From the human T2T-CHM13v2.0 reference genome, Homo sapiens, in the NCBI RefSeq assembly GCF_009914755.1, contig NC_060930.1: a stretch of DNA of 64,000 bases. The stretch is one strand, 5' to 3'. The notes under the pieces were generated by a model. The model was not told the origin of the DNA. It made no database searches and saw only the letters and a program-made list of their open reading frames with translations. The translations under genes and the position numbers were made by a program. Numbering within the stretch: position 1 is the stretch's first letter; each line of letters opens with the position of its first letter. Positions 1-16,968 of this stretch are shown here, one piece after another.

Positions 1-518
1 GAATGATGCTGGAATTAGTTAAGATTTTTGGGAGAATATTGGCAGAGGACGATTGTATTTTGCAATGTGAGAATATGAGATTTGAGATGCTGGGGCAGAA
101 TGATACAGTTTGCATGTGGTCTCCTCTAAAACTCATGTTGAATTATAATCCCCACTGTTTGTTGGAGGTAGGACATGGTGGGAGATAACTGGATCATTGG
201 GGCAGATTTCTCATCAATGTTTTAGTGCCATCCACTTGGTGCTGTCCTTGTGATAGTGAGTTCTCACAATATCTAGATGCTTAAGTGTAGCATCTTCCCC
301 CTCATTCTCTTCTGCTCTTGCTATGTGAGATGCCAGGTCCCCCGTTGGCTTCTGCCATCATTGCAAGTTACCTGAGGCCTCACCAGAAGCTGAGCAGATG
401 CCTTGCACCATGCTTCTTGTACAACTTGCAGAATTGTGAACCAATTAAACCTTTTTACCTTATAAATTATCCAGTCGCAGGTATTTCTTTATAGCAAATT
501 AGAGAATAGGTTAACACA
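1..518 (+). mobile_element. MaLR MST-type internal 3' end (1-100) plus LTR (101-518)
   Basis: ggggcagaa|tgatacagtttg junction; ccaattaaacct...ataaattatccagtc..aggtatttctttatagc LTR end. Confidence 0.8.
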
Positions 519-519
519 G

Positions 520-2790
<2,271 letters not shown>

Positions 2791-3653
2791 CACAAAGGTC
2801 TCTCCCCTCCCATCTCTGACCCCAAACAACCATTAATCTGTTCTCCATTTCTATAACTGTATCATTACATGAATGCTATATAAATGGAATTATATGTGAT
2901 CTTTGGGGACTGGATTTCTTTAAAACCCAGCATTCATGTTGTTGCATGTACTAATGGTTCATTCCTTTTTTAAGTAGTATTCTATGGTATAGGTTTACTG
3001 GTGTGTTTTTTCATTCATCTATTGAAGGACATCTGGGTTTCCAGTTTTGTCTGTTACAAATAAAGCTGTTATGAACATTTATGTGCAGGTTTTTATGTGA
3101 ACATAAGATTTTATCTGGGATAAACAGTCAATACTTTTATGGGCATTGTGCTGCTGATAATGTTGGAGAAAGACCACTTCACAAGAATTATGGAATAAAA
3201 TATACTAAAGCTTGGTAACTAACATGAGTTGGAGTATTTTATCAGTAAAAGTACATTCTTTTTTAGTAAGGGAAATTTTTATACTATCTGAAGTATCTGT
3301 GGAAGAAGACAAGCATCAAAACTGGCAACCAGAAAAAATAGCTGGAAGACATAGTAGATGTAGAATATCCACTGAAAATATATTAATATTCTCCAAACTA
3401 AACTGATCCATATACTGAAGACTCTTTAGGGGAAGAATGCCTCTTTACCTTTGAGATCCTACTTCTGGGGTCACTTACAGACAACCAAAGGGTAACAATC
3501 TCCTAAGCAATTTAATTATCATTACAGAAAACAGGCAGTTACTTTCTAGTGCCAGGTCCTTTTTCACATAGGAAGAAAGGTCTAAATGTTATTATGGCCA
3601 CCTAAAGTTAAGCTGCTAAATAATCAGTACACTACACACTTTCTCTGAATTCA

Positions 3654-3659
3654 TTTATT
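3654..3659 (-). terminator. SERINC1: Distal SERINC1 polyadenylation signal AATAAA
   Basis: AATAAA on - strand followed ~15-25 nt downstream by GT-rich agtgtgtagtgt; gives a ~1.7 kb 3'UTR. Confidence 0.8.
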
Positions 3660-3956
3660 TAGAGGTAAAACACAGCCATTCAAAATTGTGGAATACAATG
3701 TCTACACACAGAATAAGGTTGGGGAATTAAGCTGAATTGTTATATTCCATTCACATTAATAAATATTTTTAAAGAAGAAATTGTAGATTTTAAAAGCTTC
3801 ATTAGACACTAGTGACACATACAAATAACTAAACTCTCATACTGCTTGATTTTCAGGTTGAAAGGTTACAATAATCTATATATTTCAATTACATGGCAGT
3901 AAATACAAAAGCATTTTAAACATCTTTTGAACTGTGTAGTATACTATAAGCAGGAG

Positions 3957-3962
3957 TTTATT
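3957..3962 (-). terminator. Candidate proximal polyadenylation signal AATAAA in SERINC1 3'UTR
   Basis: Canonical hexamer on - strand ~300 nt upstream of the distal signal; usage not shown by sequence alone. Confidence 0.45.
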
Positions 3963-4239
3963 CTAAAACATTCCATCATTCTTCTGACCTGTTTATGGGT
4001 CATGCTGGACACCAGCAATCCACATCACATAAATTATCCACCAGTAATGAGGTGTAAAATCAATTATGCATGTATTTTGAATAGAAATTATTTTTAAATG
4101 TCAGAGAGAATGCTATTATTGGCCAACTTGAAATTTCCTAATTAGCTATCTGAGCTATTTAAGTCTGTACTTCAGTGTCTTCATTTTTTTAAATGAGAGA
4201 ACTGGACTAGATTTTATATAAGTACCTACTAAAGCCTAG

Positions 4240-4574
<335 letters not shown>

Positions 4575-5332
4575 CAAAACTAACTTTCAAAGTGACTTTC
4601 AAACACTTCCTTCTAACCCATGATTATCCTTTTCAAAACCTTGTCTAAATCCTTCAGAGTTCCAAACATTTCCACTGAACCCATACTTCATGAGTTTAAA
4701 ACAACCAAAACAGTTCACTTTGTTGGCAAAGGCCATCTCTACCCAAGTAAGATTATTTACTCGTTATTCAATTTAGTACCGACACCTCCATCCATAACCT
4801 ACACTATTGTCCACTAAACACTCCCTACCTGTGTAAATTCCGTATCAAGGGTAAAACCTTATAAGATTTTTCAGACAACTGGCATTTAAGTGACTTGTTT
4901 ATAAATTTTAAAATAAACCATGTTCTTTGCAGTATCCTGCCAGGCAACACATCAAATATTTCAAAAGGCAGCCATACATTTGCTTTAATGCTTGCTAAAA
5001 CAGCTTAAGGTCTAATATAATTTTAAAATAGTCAAACAAATTTGTTTTTACTCTTCATTTCACAACTATAGAGCAGAGAATAAGCCCAATAATGGCCACT
5101 TTTACTAACTCATCACCATATTCATAAAACTTTCCTCTGCAATTCATTCTACTTCACATATCAATGCACTTGGTAAGAAAATAACAAAATGACAAGCAGT
5201 AAAATCTAATTCATGCCAGAACACTGGAGAAGTTACATGGGAAGCAAAAACATACACAACTTTACAAAAGTTGGGAATACTGTTTTCAAATAAGCAATAA
5301 TCAAAGTGGGACTTTCATGCTAGAAGTCTCAC

Positions 5333-5476
<144 letters not shown>

Positions 5477-6050
5477 TCAGGGAAAATTATTAAAAAGGGG
5501 CAAGGGGGTTGAATTATCAGCCACCAAGCTATGAAGCTTCATTAATTCAGAAGCGTGCTTTGTATACAGTTTGTGATTTCAGATATATCATTGCTGCATC
5601 TAATCTGCTCCCTTTCTTTCCACACTGCTAGTGTGAAGGTAAAAATCTGTTATTTCCTTTAATGGAGTAAAGTATACAGGCCTCTGAAATAGTTATTTTG
5701 CATAATCTCTGAAGCACTTTATGCATGTCTGCCATGTTATTAGACAGAAGAGGAACTGAATGTGACCTCTGGATAAATGAGATGTCACTATTACATAAGA
5801 TTGTTCAAGATGTATATGGAACTCCTCACCTGATTTCCACTCCCCCAACCCCCTCCCCCGCCCCTCCCTTCTCAGAATTAAGAGACTGGTATGACTCAGA
5901 GATATCTCCTTAAAAAAAGAAAGAATTAAGAGACTGGGAAGGAAATATATCTCAAGTTTAAGTGATTTTTGAGTTAATGAAATATACCAAAATCCTTCTG
6001 GTATAAAGCCTTAATATCTACTATTATGTGACAGCCAAGGATCTGAGTTA

Positions 6051-6209
<159 letters not shown>

Positions 6210-7036
6210 TTATAGCTTAATACGCTACAGTGTAAGAATTAAAAAATATATATACTTTTCAATAATAAAAATCAGTAAAGGCTGCACTCAAAGACATACA
6301 ACAAAGAATAATCTTTTTCCTCCATCTTTTGCTGATACTGAAAGCCGCCTTACAAATTGTTTATTAATATTATGCATTAAAAAGTTATTAAAAACAGAAC
6401 TTCCCAAACCACATAGTTCAATTTGAATCTTTGACCAAATCTTTCAGTAATCATTTGGACAAAACCAGAACTTTCAAAAATGAAACACTATAAATCACTA
6501 TCTTCCTTTTAACAGAAAAAGATTTATGGATTAAGTTTGAAGTGATTAAAAAAAAAAGTAGCTTGTAAGAATTCTAAGCTTGTAGAATTTGTAGAAATTG
6601 TTGCTTGTAGAAAGAATTCTAAGCTTGTAAAAATTGTGGCTTGTAAGAATTCTAAGAATCTATCTACATTAATGAATTCATACTTAAATTTAAAAATTTT
6701 CAGAGCTTTTAATGACAGTTCAAACAAAAGAGAAAAAAGGATGTATCCTTTACTTCACTATCTTTACAGAATTGAAAAAAAAAATGTTAGATCCACTATC
6801 AACATGGATTTTTGTAAAAAGTATTAGTTTCATGAAAATTTTTATTTTAATCTCTCCAAGATTTGGAACTATTTCAATGTTTGTGTTACTGTTAAAGCAA
6901 GGAAGTAAAGACTGCATTTCTCATGCTGATCTCACTATTCATTTAGCTGTACATTTTGAAATATATCAGAGGATAAAAAGTACTTCATATCACATCATGG
7001 TTTCACAAGAGAATCATAAAATGCCATCAGAATTCA

Positions 7037-7342
<306 letters not shown>

Positions 7343-7414
7343 TTAAAAGAAATGATTCATAAATAAACAGCTAGACTTCCTGTTTAAAGAAAAAAATTCC
7401 ATAGTTTTTCCTAC

Positions 7415-7559
7415 CTGGAATAAAATACACACAACAAAAAGAGAATTAGTCCTATAATTCCTTGAGCATGCCACCACTGGACTGACTGCCCTTCCTTTGG
7501 GACAGTGCTTGTTGTATTGTAGCCAATTATGCTTAGTAGACTTGGGTTGCAATTTGTTT
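7415..7559 (-). CDS. SERINC1: SERINC1 exon 8 (TNCNPSLL...LLCVFYS)
   Basis: Acceptor attacag|AA, donor CAG|gtagga; 145 nt. Confidence 0.96.
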
Positions 7560-8127
7560 CTGTAATATAAAGCCAAATTAAAATGTTAGAATATATTAAA
7601 AAGATGTTTTTCAGAGCAAACAAAAGTTATTTTTAACTCTCTATACCCCTGCAAATTGAGAAACAATTGCTGGAAAAGGCATCAGTATAACAAAAATAAT
7701 TGAAGAAAACTTGCACTTATTAATAAGACCTTTGAAGTGTTAATAGTTCTGATTTTATAGAAGTACCTGGAAAAGTTAAATCATTTAATTTTCAACAACA
7801 TGTGATAGCTGAGAGATAATTACCTCTACAATCAGGAAAGAGGTGAAATATAGATGAACTTTCTAAGGTTAGTATAATTCTAGTAGATTTAGAAAGAAAA
7901 TTCAGAGATTATAAACCACAATGCACTGGCTTTTCTATCATATGTTGAGATTATGATACAGACTTTATGAAGCTTATCAATTTGATACAGCACATTGTTA
8001 AAAAAGCAAGACAGCTTACACAAAAACCAGTTATAAGGACTCCAGCAAATGCCTCATGGAAATTACCCAATAAAGTATAATGACCTACTGCTTACTCAAG
8101 TTTTATTCTTTTATAAAGAAGAAAGTA

Positions 8128-8484
<357 letters not shown>

Positions 8485-9048
8485 TCAAACTCCATCTTAC
8501 TAATGAAAATGATTCTTACCTTAAAGCCAATTAGGTAAGGCTATTTCCTTCTCTAAAGCAAACTACTAATAATTTTTTTCTAACCACCTACCTGGAAAAA
8601 AACAGGAAATCTTTGTGTAATACATCAAAACAAAAAAACAAAAAATAAATTGGTCTCCAAGTTATAAAGTACCTATGATAAAATACCTACAGTTTGTAAA
8701 CTCAATGAGATTCATATAACATCAGATAAATTTTTTAGGAAAAGAGATCATTTTCTTCTTTTTAATAGGTAATAATTTTTGTCTATTCTAATTTGTCTCC
8801 TTTCAACATGTTTCTATTCTCATGGTATGCAATATAACTAGCCTATAATAAGATGCATTACAAAGCCCAATTATCAAATTCAATTGTAAGGTAGTCACAG
8901 GCTAAAAGAGTAATTTAATAATGTGAAAAAATTATACTGTTCACAATTGAATCAACAGGAATTTGAAGAGTTTTTCTTTCTATATACGACAATTATATGC
9001 TCTATGCAAATCAGATACCTTTCTTATAATTTCACCCAGTTTCTTACA

Positions 9049-11765
9049 TAGACATACCTTGTTTTACTGTGCTTTGCCTATTTTTTTTTTTTTTTTTTTT
9101 AGCATTTTACAGATACTGTTCTTTTTACAAATTGAAGGTTTGTGGCAACCCTGCATTAAACAAGTCTATTGGTTCCATTTTTTCTAACAGTATGTACTCA
9201 CTTTGTTTCACATTTTGGTAATTCTTGTAATATTTCACAATTTGTCATTATTATTAATTACATCTGTTATGGTGATCTCTCATCAGTGACCTATTATGTT
9301 ACTATTGTAATTTCTTTCGGGCACCACAAATCACACCCATATAAGATGGTGAAATAATCGACAAACATTGTGTGTGTTCTGACTGCTCCACCAACCAGCC
9401 ATTTCCTTGTCTCTATCCCTCTCCTTGGGCCTATTTCAAGACACAACCATATGGAAATTAGGCCAGTTAATAACCCTGCAATGGCCTCTAACTGTTCAAG
9501 TAAAAGAGTCCCCTTTCTCACTTAAATCAAAAGCTAGAAATGATTAAGCTTAGTTAAGAAAGCATGCCAAAAGCTGAGACAGGTCAAAAGCTAGGCCTTC
9601 TGTTCCAGTTAGCTGAGTTGCGAATGCAAAGAAAAGAAAAAGTTCTTGAAGGATATTAAAAGTGCCACTCCAGTGAACACAAACACACAAATGATAGATA
9701 AGAAAGCAAAGCAGTCTTATTGCTGATATGGAGGAGAAAGTTTTAGTGACCTGGATAGAAGATCAAACCAGCAGAGCATTCCCTTAAGCCAAAGCCTAAT
9801 CCAGAGCAAGGCCCTCTCTCTCACTTCAAGTCTATTAAGATTGAGAGAGAGAAGGAAGCTGTAGAAGAAAAGTTTGAAACTAGATGGGGTTGGTTGTTGA
9901 GGTTTAATGAAAGAAACTGTCTCCATAACATAAAAGTATAAGGTGAACCAGTAAGTGCTGATGCAGAAGCTACAGCAAGTCATCCTAAAAATCTAGCCAA
10001 CAAAATTAATGAAAGTAGCTACACTGGTCAGGCATGGTTGCTCACGCCTGTAAGTTCAGCACTTTGGGAGGCTGAGGCGGGTGGATCACCTGAGGTCAGG
10101 AGTTCGAGAACAGCCTGGCTAACATGGTGAAACCCAATCTCTACTAAAAATACAAAATTAGCTGGGTGTGGTGGCGCAGGCCTGTAATCCCAGCTATTCA
10201 GGAGGCTGAGGCAGGAGAATGGCTTACCAAGGAGACAGAAGTTGCAGTGAACGGGGATTGTGCCATTGCACTCCAGCCTGTGCAACAAGAGTGAAACTCC
10301 ATCTCAAAAAAATAAAAATAAGAAAAAAGAAAGCAGCCAAACCAAACAACAGATTTTCAATAAAGACAACATAGACTTCTATTGTAAGAAGATATAATCT
10401 AGGACTTTCATAGCTATAGAGAAGTCAGTCAATGCCTGGCTTCAAAGCTTAAAAGGACAGGCTGATTCTCTTGTTAGGGACTAATGCAGACAATGATTTT
10501 AAGAGAAAGCCAATGTTCTTTACCATTCCAAAAATCCTAGGGCCCTTAAGAATTATATTAAGTCTATTCAGCCTCTCTATGAATAGAAAAAAGCCTAGAT
10601 GACAGCACATCTGTTGAAAGTATGGGTTACGGAATATTTTAAGCCCATTGTTGGGACTTACTGCTAAAAGATCCTTTCAAAATATTACTACTCAATGACG
10701 ATGCACCTGGGTCACCCAAAAGCTCTGATAGAGATGTACAGGGAGATTAATATTTTCATGTCTGCTAACACAGTATTTATTCTGCAGCCCATGGAAAAAG
10801 GAGTAATTTCAACGTTTAAATCTTATTATTTAAGAAATATATTTTGTAAGGCTATAGCTGCCATAGAGTAATTCCTCTGATAGATCTGGGTGGACAAAGT
10901 AAACTGAAAACCTTCTGGAAAAGATTCACCATTCTAGATGCTATTAAGAATATTCATGATTCATGGGAAAAAATGTCAAAATATCAACATTAACAGGAGT
11001 TTGAAAGAAGTTGATTCTAACCCTCATAGATGACTGAGGATTTCAAGACTTTAGTGGAGGAAGTAGCTACAGATACGGTGGAAAGAGCAAGAGAACTAAA
11101 AAGTGGAACCTGAAGATGTGACTGAATTGCTGCAATTTCATTATCAAGCCTGAATGATGAGGTGTTGCTTCTTATGGATGAACAAAGTAGTTTTTTGAGA
11201 TGGAATTTACTCCTGATGAAGATGCTATGAATATTATTGAAATGACAGCAAAGGAGTTAGAATATTACATAAACTTACTTAATGAACCAGGAGCAGGTTT
11301 AAGAGGATTGACTCCAATTTGGAAGGAAATTCTACTCTGGGTCAAATGCTATCAAACAGCATCATATGCTACAGAGAAATATTTTGTGAAAGGAGGAGTC
11401 AATCAATGGGCAAACTTCATTGTGGTCTTAGTTTAAAGATACTAAAACAGCCATGCCAACCTGCAGCAACCAACACCCTGTTCGGTCAGCAGCCGTCAAC
11501 ATTGAGGCAAGACCTCCTACCAGCAAAAAGATTACAACTTGATGAAGGCTCAGATGACTGTTAGCATTTTTTGGAAATAAAGTACTTTCAAATTAAGGAA
11601 TGTACATTGTTTTTCTAGACATAATGCTATGGCACACAACAGACTAGTGTAAGATAAACAAAAGTTTTATATGCATTGGGAAACCAAAAAATCATGCTTT
11701 ACTGTGATGCTTGTTTCATTATGGTGCTCTGAAACTGAACTCACAGTTTCTCTTAGGTATACATG
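9049..11765 (+). mobile_element. Essentially full-length Tigger1 DNA transposon (decayed transposase), interrupted by an Alu at ~10026-10325
   Basis: Termini tagacatacct... / ...aggtatacatg|ta; transposase start atggcctctaactgttcaagt at 9481; C-terminal peptide STLRQDLLPAKRLQLDEGSDDC; ~2.4 kb net of the Alu. Confidence 0.92.
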
Positions 11766-11862
11766 TAACCTTCTTATAATTTTGTTAGTGATGGAAGAAA
11801 CTAAGTGAAATAAATAATACATCAAAGATCAAAACTTCGTACTTTATTCCTCTAGAAGCCTA

Positions 11863-12045
<183 letters not shown>

Positions 12046-12048
12046 CTA

Positions 12049-12049
<1 letters not shown>

Positions 12050-12114
<65 letters not shown>
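12050..12114. repeat. A31 + (TA)17 microsatellite in SERINC1 intron 6
   Basis: Direct count: A 12050-12080, TA repeats 12081-12114. Confidence 0.95.
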
Positions 12115-12115
<1 letters not shown>

Positions 12116-12188
12116 CAACACAGGTAAATAGTCTGACATCATTCTAGATTTTTGAAAACTTAAAAAGGTATAAGCTTCATAAAAACTA

Positions 12189-12401
<213 letters not shown>

Positions 12402-14047
12402 TTAGCTTTTTATCAGAAATTATTAGCAATTAGAAATGGGACCTGTTTTATAAACAATCTGTCATTTTGTCAAAAAATATATTTTAAGCAACTAACATTG
12501 TCAGCATTATAAAGGCTATAAAAGCAGGAAAGAAAATTAATTCTGACCTTTATTGCTGAAGAATTCTAGTTTTTACACATAGCTATTATGTATTTGCAAG
12601 GATGGCAAGTTAGTAAGAAACTAATAGGATTTAATACTAATATCTATATTAGAGTTTACAAACTATGTTTACATGTTAGCCATTATTTTCAAAATAAAGA
12701 AAAATAACTATAAGAGGAATATTACTTAAGGTTTTTAAAGAACCATTATCACTCAGTTGTAAACAAGGGCATTAAGAAAATTATTTTCATTATTAATGTT
12801 AAGCCCTCACAACAATGATGCTTTTCCTCATGAACTAAAATCTTAAAAGATACATATTATGCAAGGGTAAGTCATTATTTAATAAGTCAACCTATGCTTT
12901 TTCTATGTAAATTTCAACATACACAAGTTGTTTAGCCTTTATGCTAATATGTGCCTAATATACAAGTATTTATGTAGATTTGCCTCGCTGACAGGGGATC
13001 CATCCAACAAATATTTATTGAATGCCTGCATTCCAGGCCCTGGGGATACAGCAGGGAACAAAAGACACAGAAACCCTTGCATTAGACTTTGCATTTAGAG
13101 AACAAGGTATTCAATGTAAGTGAAATTTCCAAATGACTAAAGCTTATTTCTTTGAGCACCAAATTATTTTAACTTGAACCACTGAGATAAAACACCACAA
13201 ATTAGTTGTGTGAGAGGAATATTAGGCCAGCAGACACACTGGATTTGGCTTGCACTCCAATTTAAAATTTTTTTAGCTGAAACTCAGTCATTTAGCATGA
13301 AAATCCAGATTTATGACTTCTTTTGAAAAACATTAGAAAAATCAAGCAATACTAAGTTCACATTCCCACAAGGCAACTAATAAATGGAGCTGAGCAGTAG
13401 TAATGCACTTTAGATGGGGCATTCATACTCTCCAATTCATTGTAGTCTATTTGCACAAAGCTTATGCACTTAAACTCTGTCCTCCTGTTCCCTCATTTTT
13501 GTTACCTGGTTTGGCCCTGTAAGCATTTGAATTGGGATATCTGTTTTCAAGTATAACCCCAAAGGACTCAACATCATCATTATAAATAATCATTAATTAC
13601 ATTACTATAGGAATTCCTTTAGTTGTTATTGATGCACATAAAAGCATCCTTTGCACTTGAATAAAACATCCGAGTTGCTTTTTATATTTTTTATTTGCTG
13701 CTGTTTATGAATTGTATCACTGTGTGTTTATCTATTCCTAGCAATCCTCTTCCCTTTAATATTTTGCTTTTAACCCATTGTAGGCTAGAAAATTAGGCTA
13801 TAAAGTGCACATGCTTTCAGTAATATGCTTTGGAACATTTATTTTAGCTATTCAGGTTCTTTTGGATTCTTTCCTGGTTCTTGGGTTATGTTCCCAGTTA
13901 ATCTGCTAAAAGATCTGCTCACCAAGTTGCTGATACAATGTGATATTTTGACACTCACAAAGTTTAAATTAAAAACCTCATCATAGGAAAGTAGACCATA
14001 AAAATCCTAAGTGATTTACCTAGTCTACATATCTATTCTCGACTTCA

Positions 14048-14260
<213 letters not shown>

Positions 14261-14419
14261 TTAGTTTGATTTTTATCATTTCCTTTCAAAATCACAGTAC
14301 ACAAAAAGGAAAATAAAATTTTATATGAACATCTTGATTTTGCCAACTGGGGAAACACACACACACACCCCCCCAAACAAAAAGACAAACAATTATAGTT
14401 CCAGGTGACAATTATTTCA

Positions 14420-14617
<198 letters not shown>

Positions 14618-14914
14618 TTAACTGCATCTTAACAAATAGCTACACTTTATGTGAATGTTCTACTTCTTTCTGAGGATATTATGATCTGGAGTGTAGCCAT
14701 ATTTGTAACTACAAAACAAGGTAATCATCATATTTAGATAACATAGTTTGGAGAGAGAGTGAAATTAACCATTACCATGAACCCAAGCTTATATTATAGA
14801 TCTTTCCAATTGGAAAAAACAAAGCAAAAAAAATCTGATAAGAAAGGCAAGTCAACATGTGAAAGGAATGGATTAAAGCCCAGACCACGCTAGAGGAAGC
14901 ATCAGAGCAAATGG

Positions 14915-15475
14915 CTGGAAAAGAAAGGGAAATGATAAGACATTTTGGGGACTACTGGACACTGGCTCTGAGCTGACATTGATTCCAGGGGACCCAAAAC
15001 AACATTGTGGTCCCCCAGTTAAAGTAGGCGCTTATGGAGATCATTGGGTCACTCCACCAGGAAAAAAACCACGACCTGCTGAGTTGCTTGCTGAAGGCAA
15101 AGGGAATACACAATGGGTAGCAGAAGGCAGTCATCAATACCAGCTATGACCACATGTCCAGCTGCAGAAACGAGGGCTGTAATTGTTGTGAGTACTTCCT
15201 CCTTGTTTTGTCAAAAACATGTTCATGCATGCATATACTTGTACTAAGAAAATATCTTCATTTTATTTCCATTCTCCTTTATCATGTGACATAAGATTTA
15301 CTGACTTCACATCAGCATTTAAGTATTGTTAACTTTATGTAATTAGTATTTTGGTTGGGGACTGGTGCGTTTTCAGTTGTAAGGTTAGTTGTATGACCTT
15401 ATTATTGTCTTTATTTGCAGATTATGTATGATCTCAGGAGATGTATACGGGTTCAAGTTGACAATGGGTAGACTT
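14915..15475 (+). mobile_element. HERV-L internal fragment: protease region fused to pol C-terminus (large internal deletion)
   Basis: Translates LLDTGSELTLIPGDPK..GPPVKVGAYG, then VTPPGKKPRPAELLAEGKGNTQW...QLQKRGL*. Confidence 0.85.
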
Positions 15476-15526
15476 CTGATAGTTATACTGAGTGTCAATT
15501 GAATTCAAGGATGCAAAGTACTGACT

Positions 15527-15972
15527 TGTAATGGTTAATACTGAGTGTCAACTTGATTGGATTGAAGGGTGCAAAGTACTGATGCTGGGTGTGTCTGTGA
15601 GGGTGTTGCCAAAGAAGATTAACATTTCAGTCAGTGGGCTGGGAAAGGCAGACACACCCTTAATCTGGGTGGGCACCATCTAATCAGCTGCCAGCAGGGC
15701 TAGAATATAAAGCAGGCAAAAAAAAAAGTGAAAAGACTAGACTGGCCTAGCATCCCAGCCTACATCTTTCTCCTGTGCTGGATGCTCCTTGCCCTTGAAC
15801 ATCAGGCTCCAAGTTCTTCAGTTTTGGGACTAGGACTGGCTCTCCTTGCTCCTCAGCTTGCAGATGGCCTATTGTGGGACCTTGAGATCATGTGAGATAA
15901 TACTTAATAAACTCCCCTTTATATATATCTATCTATCCTATTAGTTCTGTCCCTCTAGAGAACCCTAATACA
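15527..15972 (+). mobile_element. MLT2A (HERV-L) 3' LTR
   Basis: tgtaatggttaatactgagtgtcaacttgattggattgaagg...ccctctagagaaccctaataca; TATA ~15706, AATAAA 15906-15911. Confidence 0.9.
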
Positions 15973-16797
15973 TTTGATTATCAGAAAAAACAACAATTAC
16001 ATAAACTGCTTTTAAGACCATTTTGAGAAAGATGTATTTCTCACTAATTCATTATGGAAAAATGAGAATGTTAGTTCCATTTCACAGGCTTATTTCACAT
16101 AAGTGGGATAATGTATCAAAGTATAAGGTGAACTGTATAAATGAATAGTTTTTATAAACACATGATAAATGCCTCCATCTAAAACTCTAATAATTTAATA
16201 AAATAATCAATGACCAAAGGAACAAAATAAAGGAAAAGCAACCCGTCACATATTTTCTCATTAATATTTATATTCTACTTGTTTATACTTTTTGTCTTTG
16301 GTAGCACATATAACTAGATAAGCAACAGCAGATATTAAAACAGTCAAATAAGGGTACTAGAAGTAGTGCTCTATATGAAGGAAGATTGATAAAAGAAACC
16401 CTGAAGTTTCTTTCTGGGTTGTCCAATACAACCAACCTAGAAAAATCTGCTCTCTGGGTCTAGGGAACTGAGAGTTCTATGTAAGTGGACTGGTCCACCT
16501 AAAGTTAACAGTAGAAGGAGAAATAGCTATTCCCTTAGTAGTCACAAATATAATAGAGCCTCTTTTTTAGTATGAAAATATAAAACACTGTGGATCAGAG
16601 GTTATCACAGCTATTATTTAATATCCAAAGTCTGACATTCTCCAGTAAAAACAAGATTTTCTTATCCTGTCATTCATGAATAAAGTAATTCTGCAAATTG
16701 TATAAGTTTATTTTACCTTAAAGTTTCCTTGGATAAACTGGCAATTATCAAGAAGAGGCTACCCAAGCTTTTATATTGAAGCTTATTTAAAAACTTA

Positions 16798-16968
<171 letters not shown>

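Noticed and set aside
6559-6660. Repeat-spacer-like pattern (CRISPR-like) or cloning polylinker (EcoRI/HindIII sites)
   Set aside because: Irregular units without unique spacers, in a primate intron with no vector context; best explained as local duplication.
11200-11564. Transposase-like ORFs resembling TIGD1
   Set aside because: Fragments of the decayed Tigger1 copy; no intact domesticated ORF.
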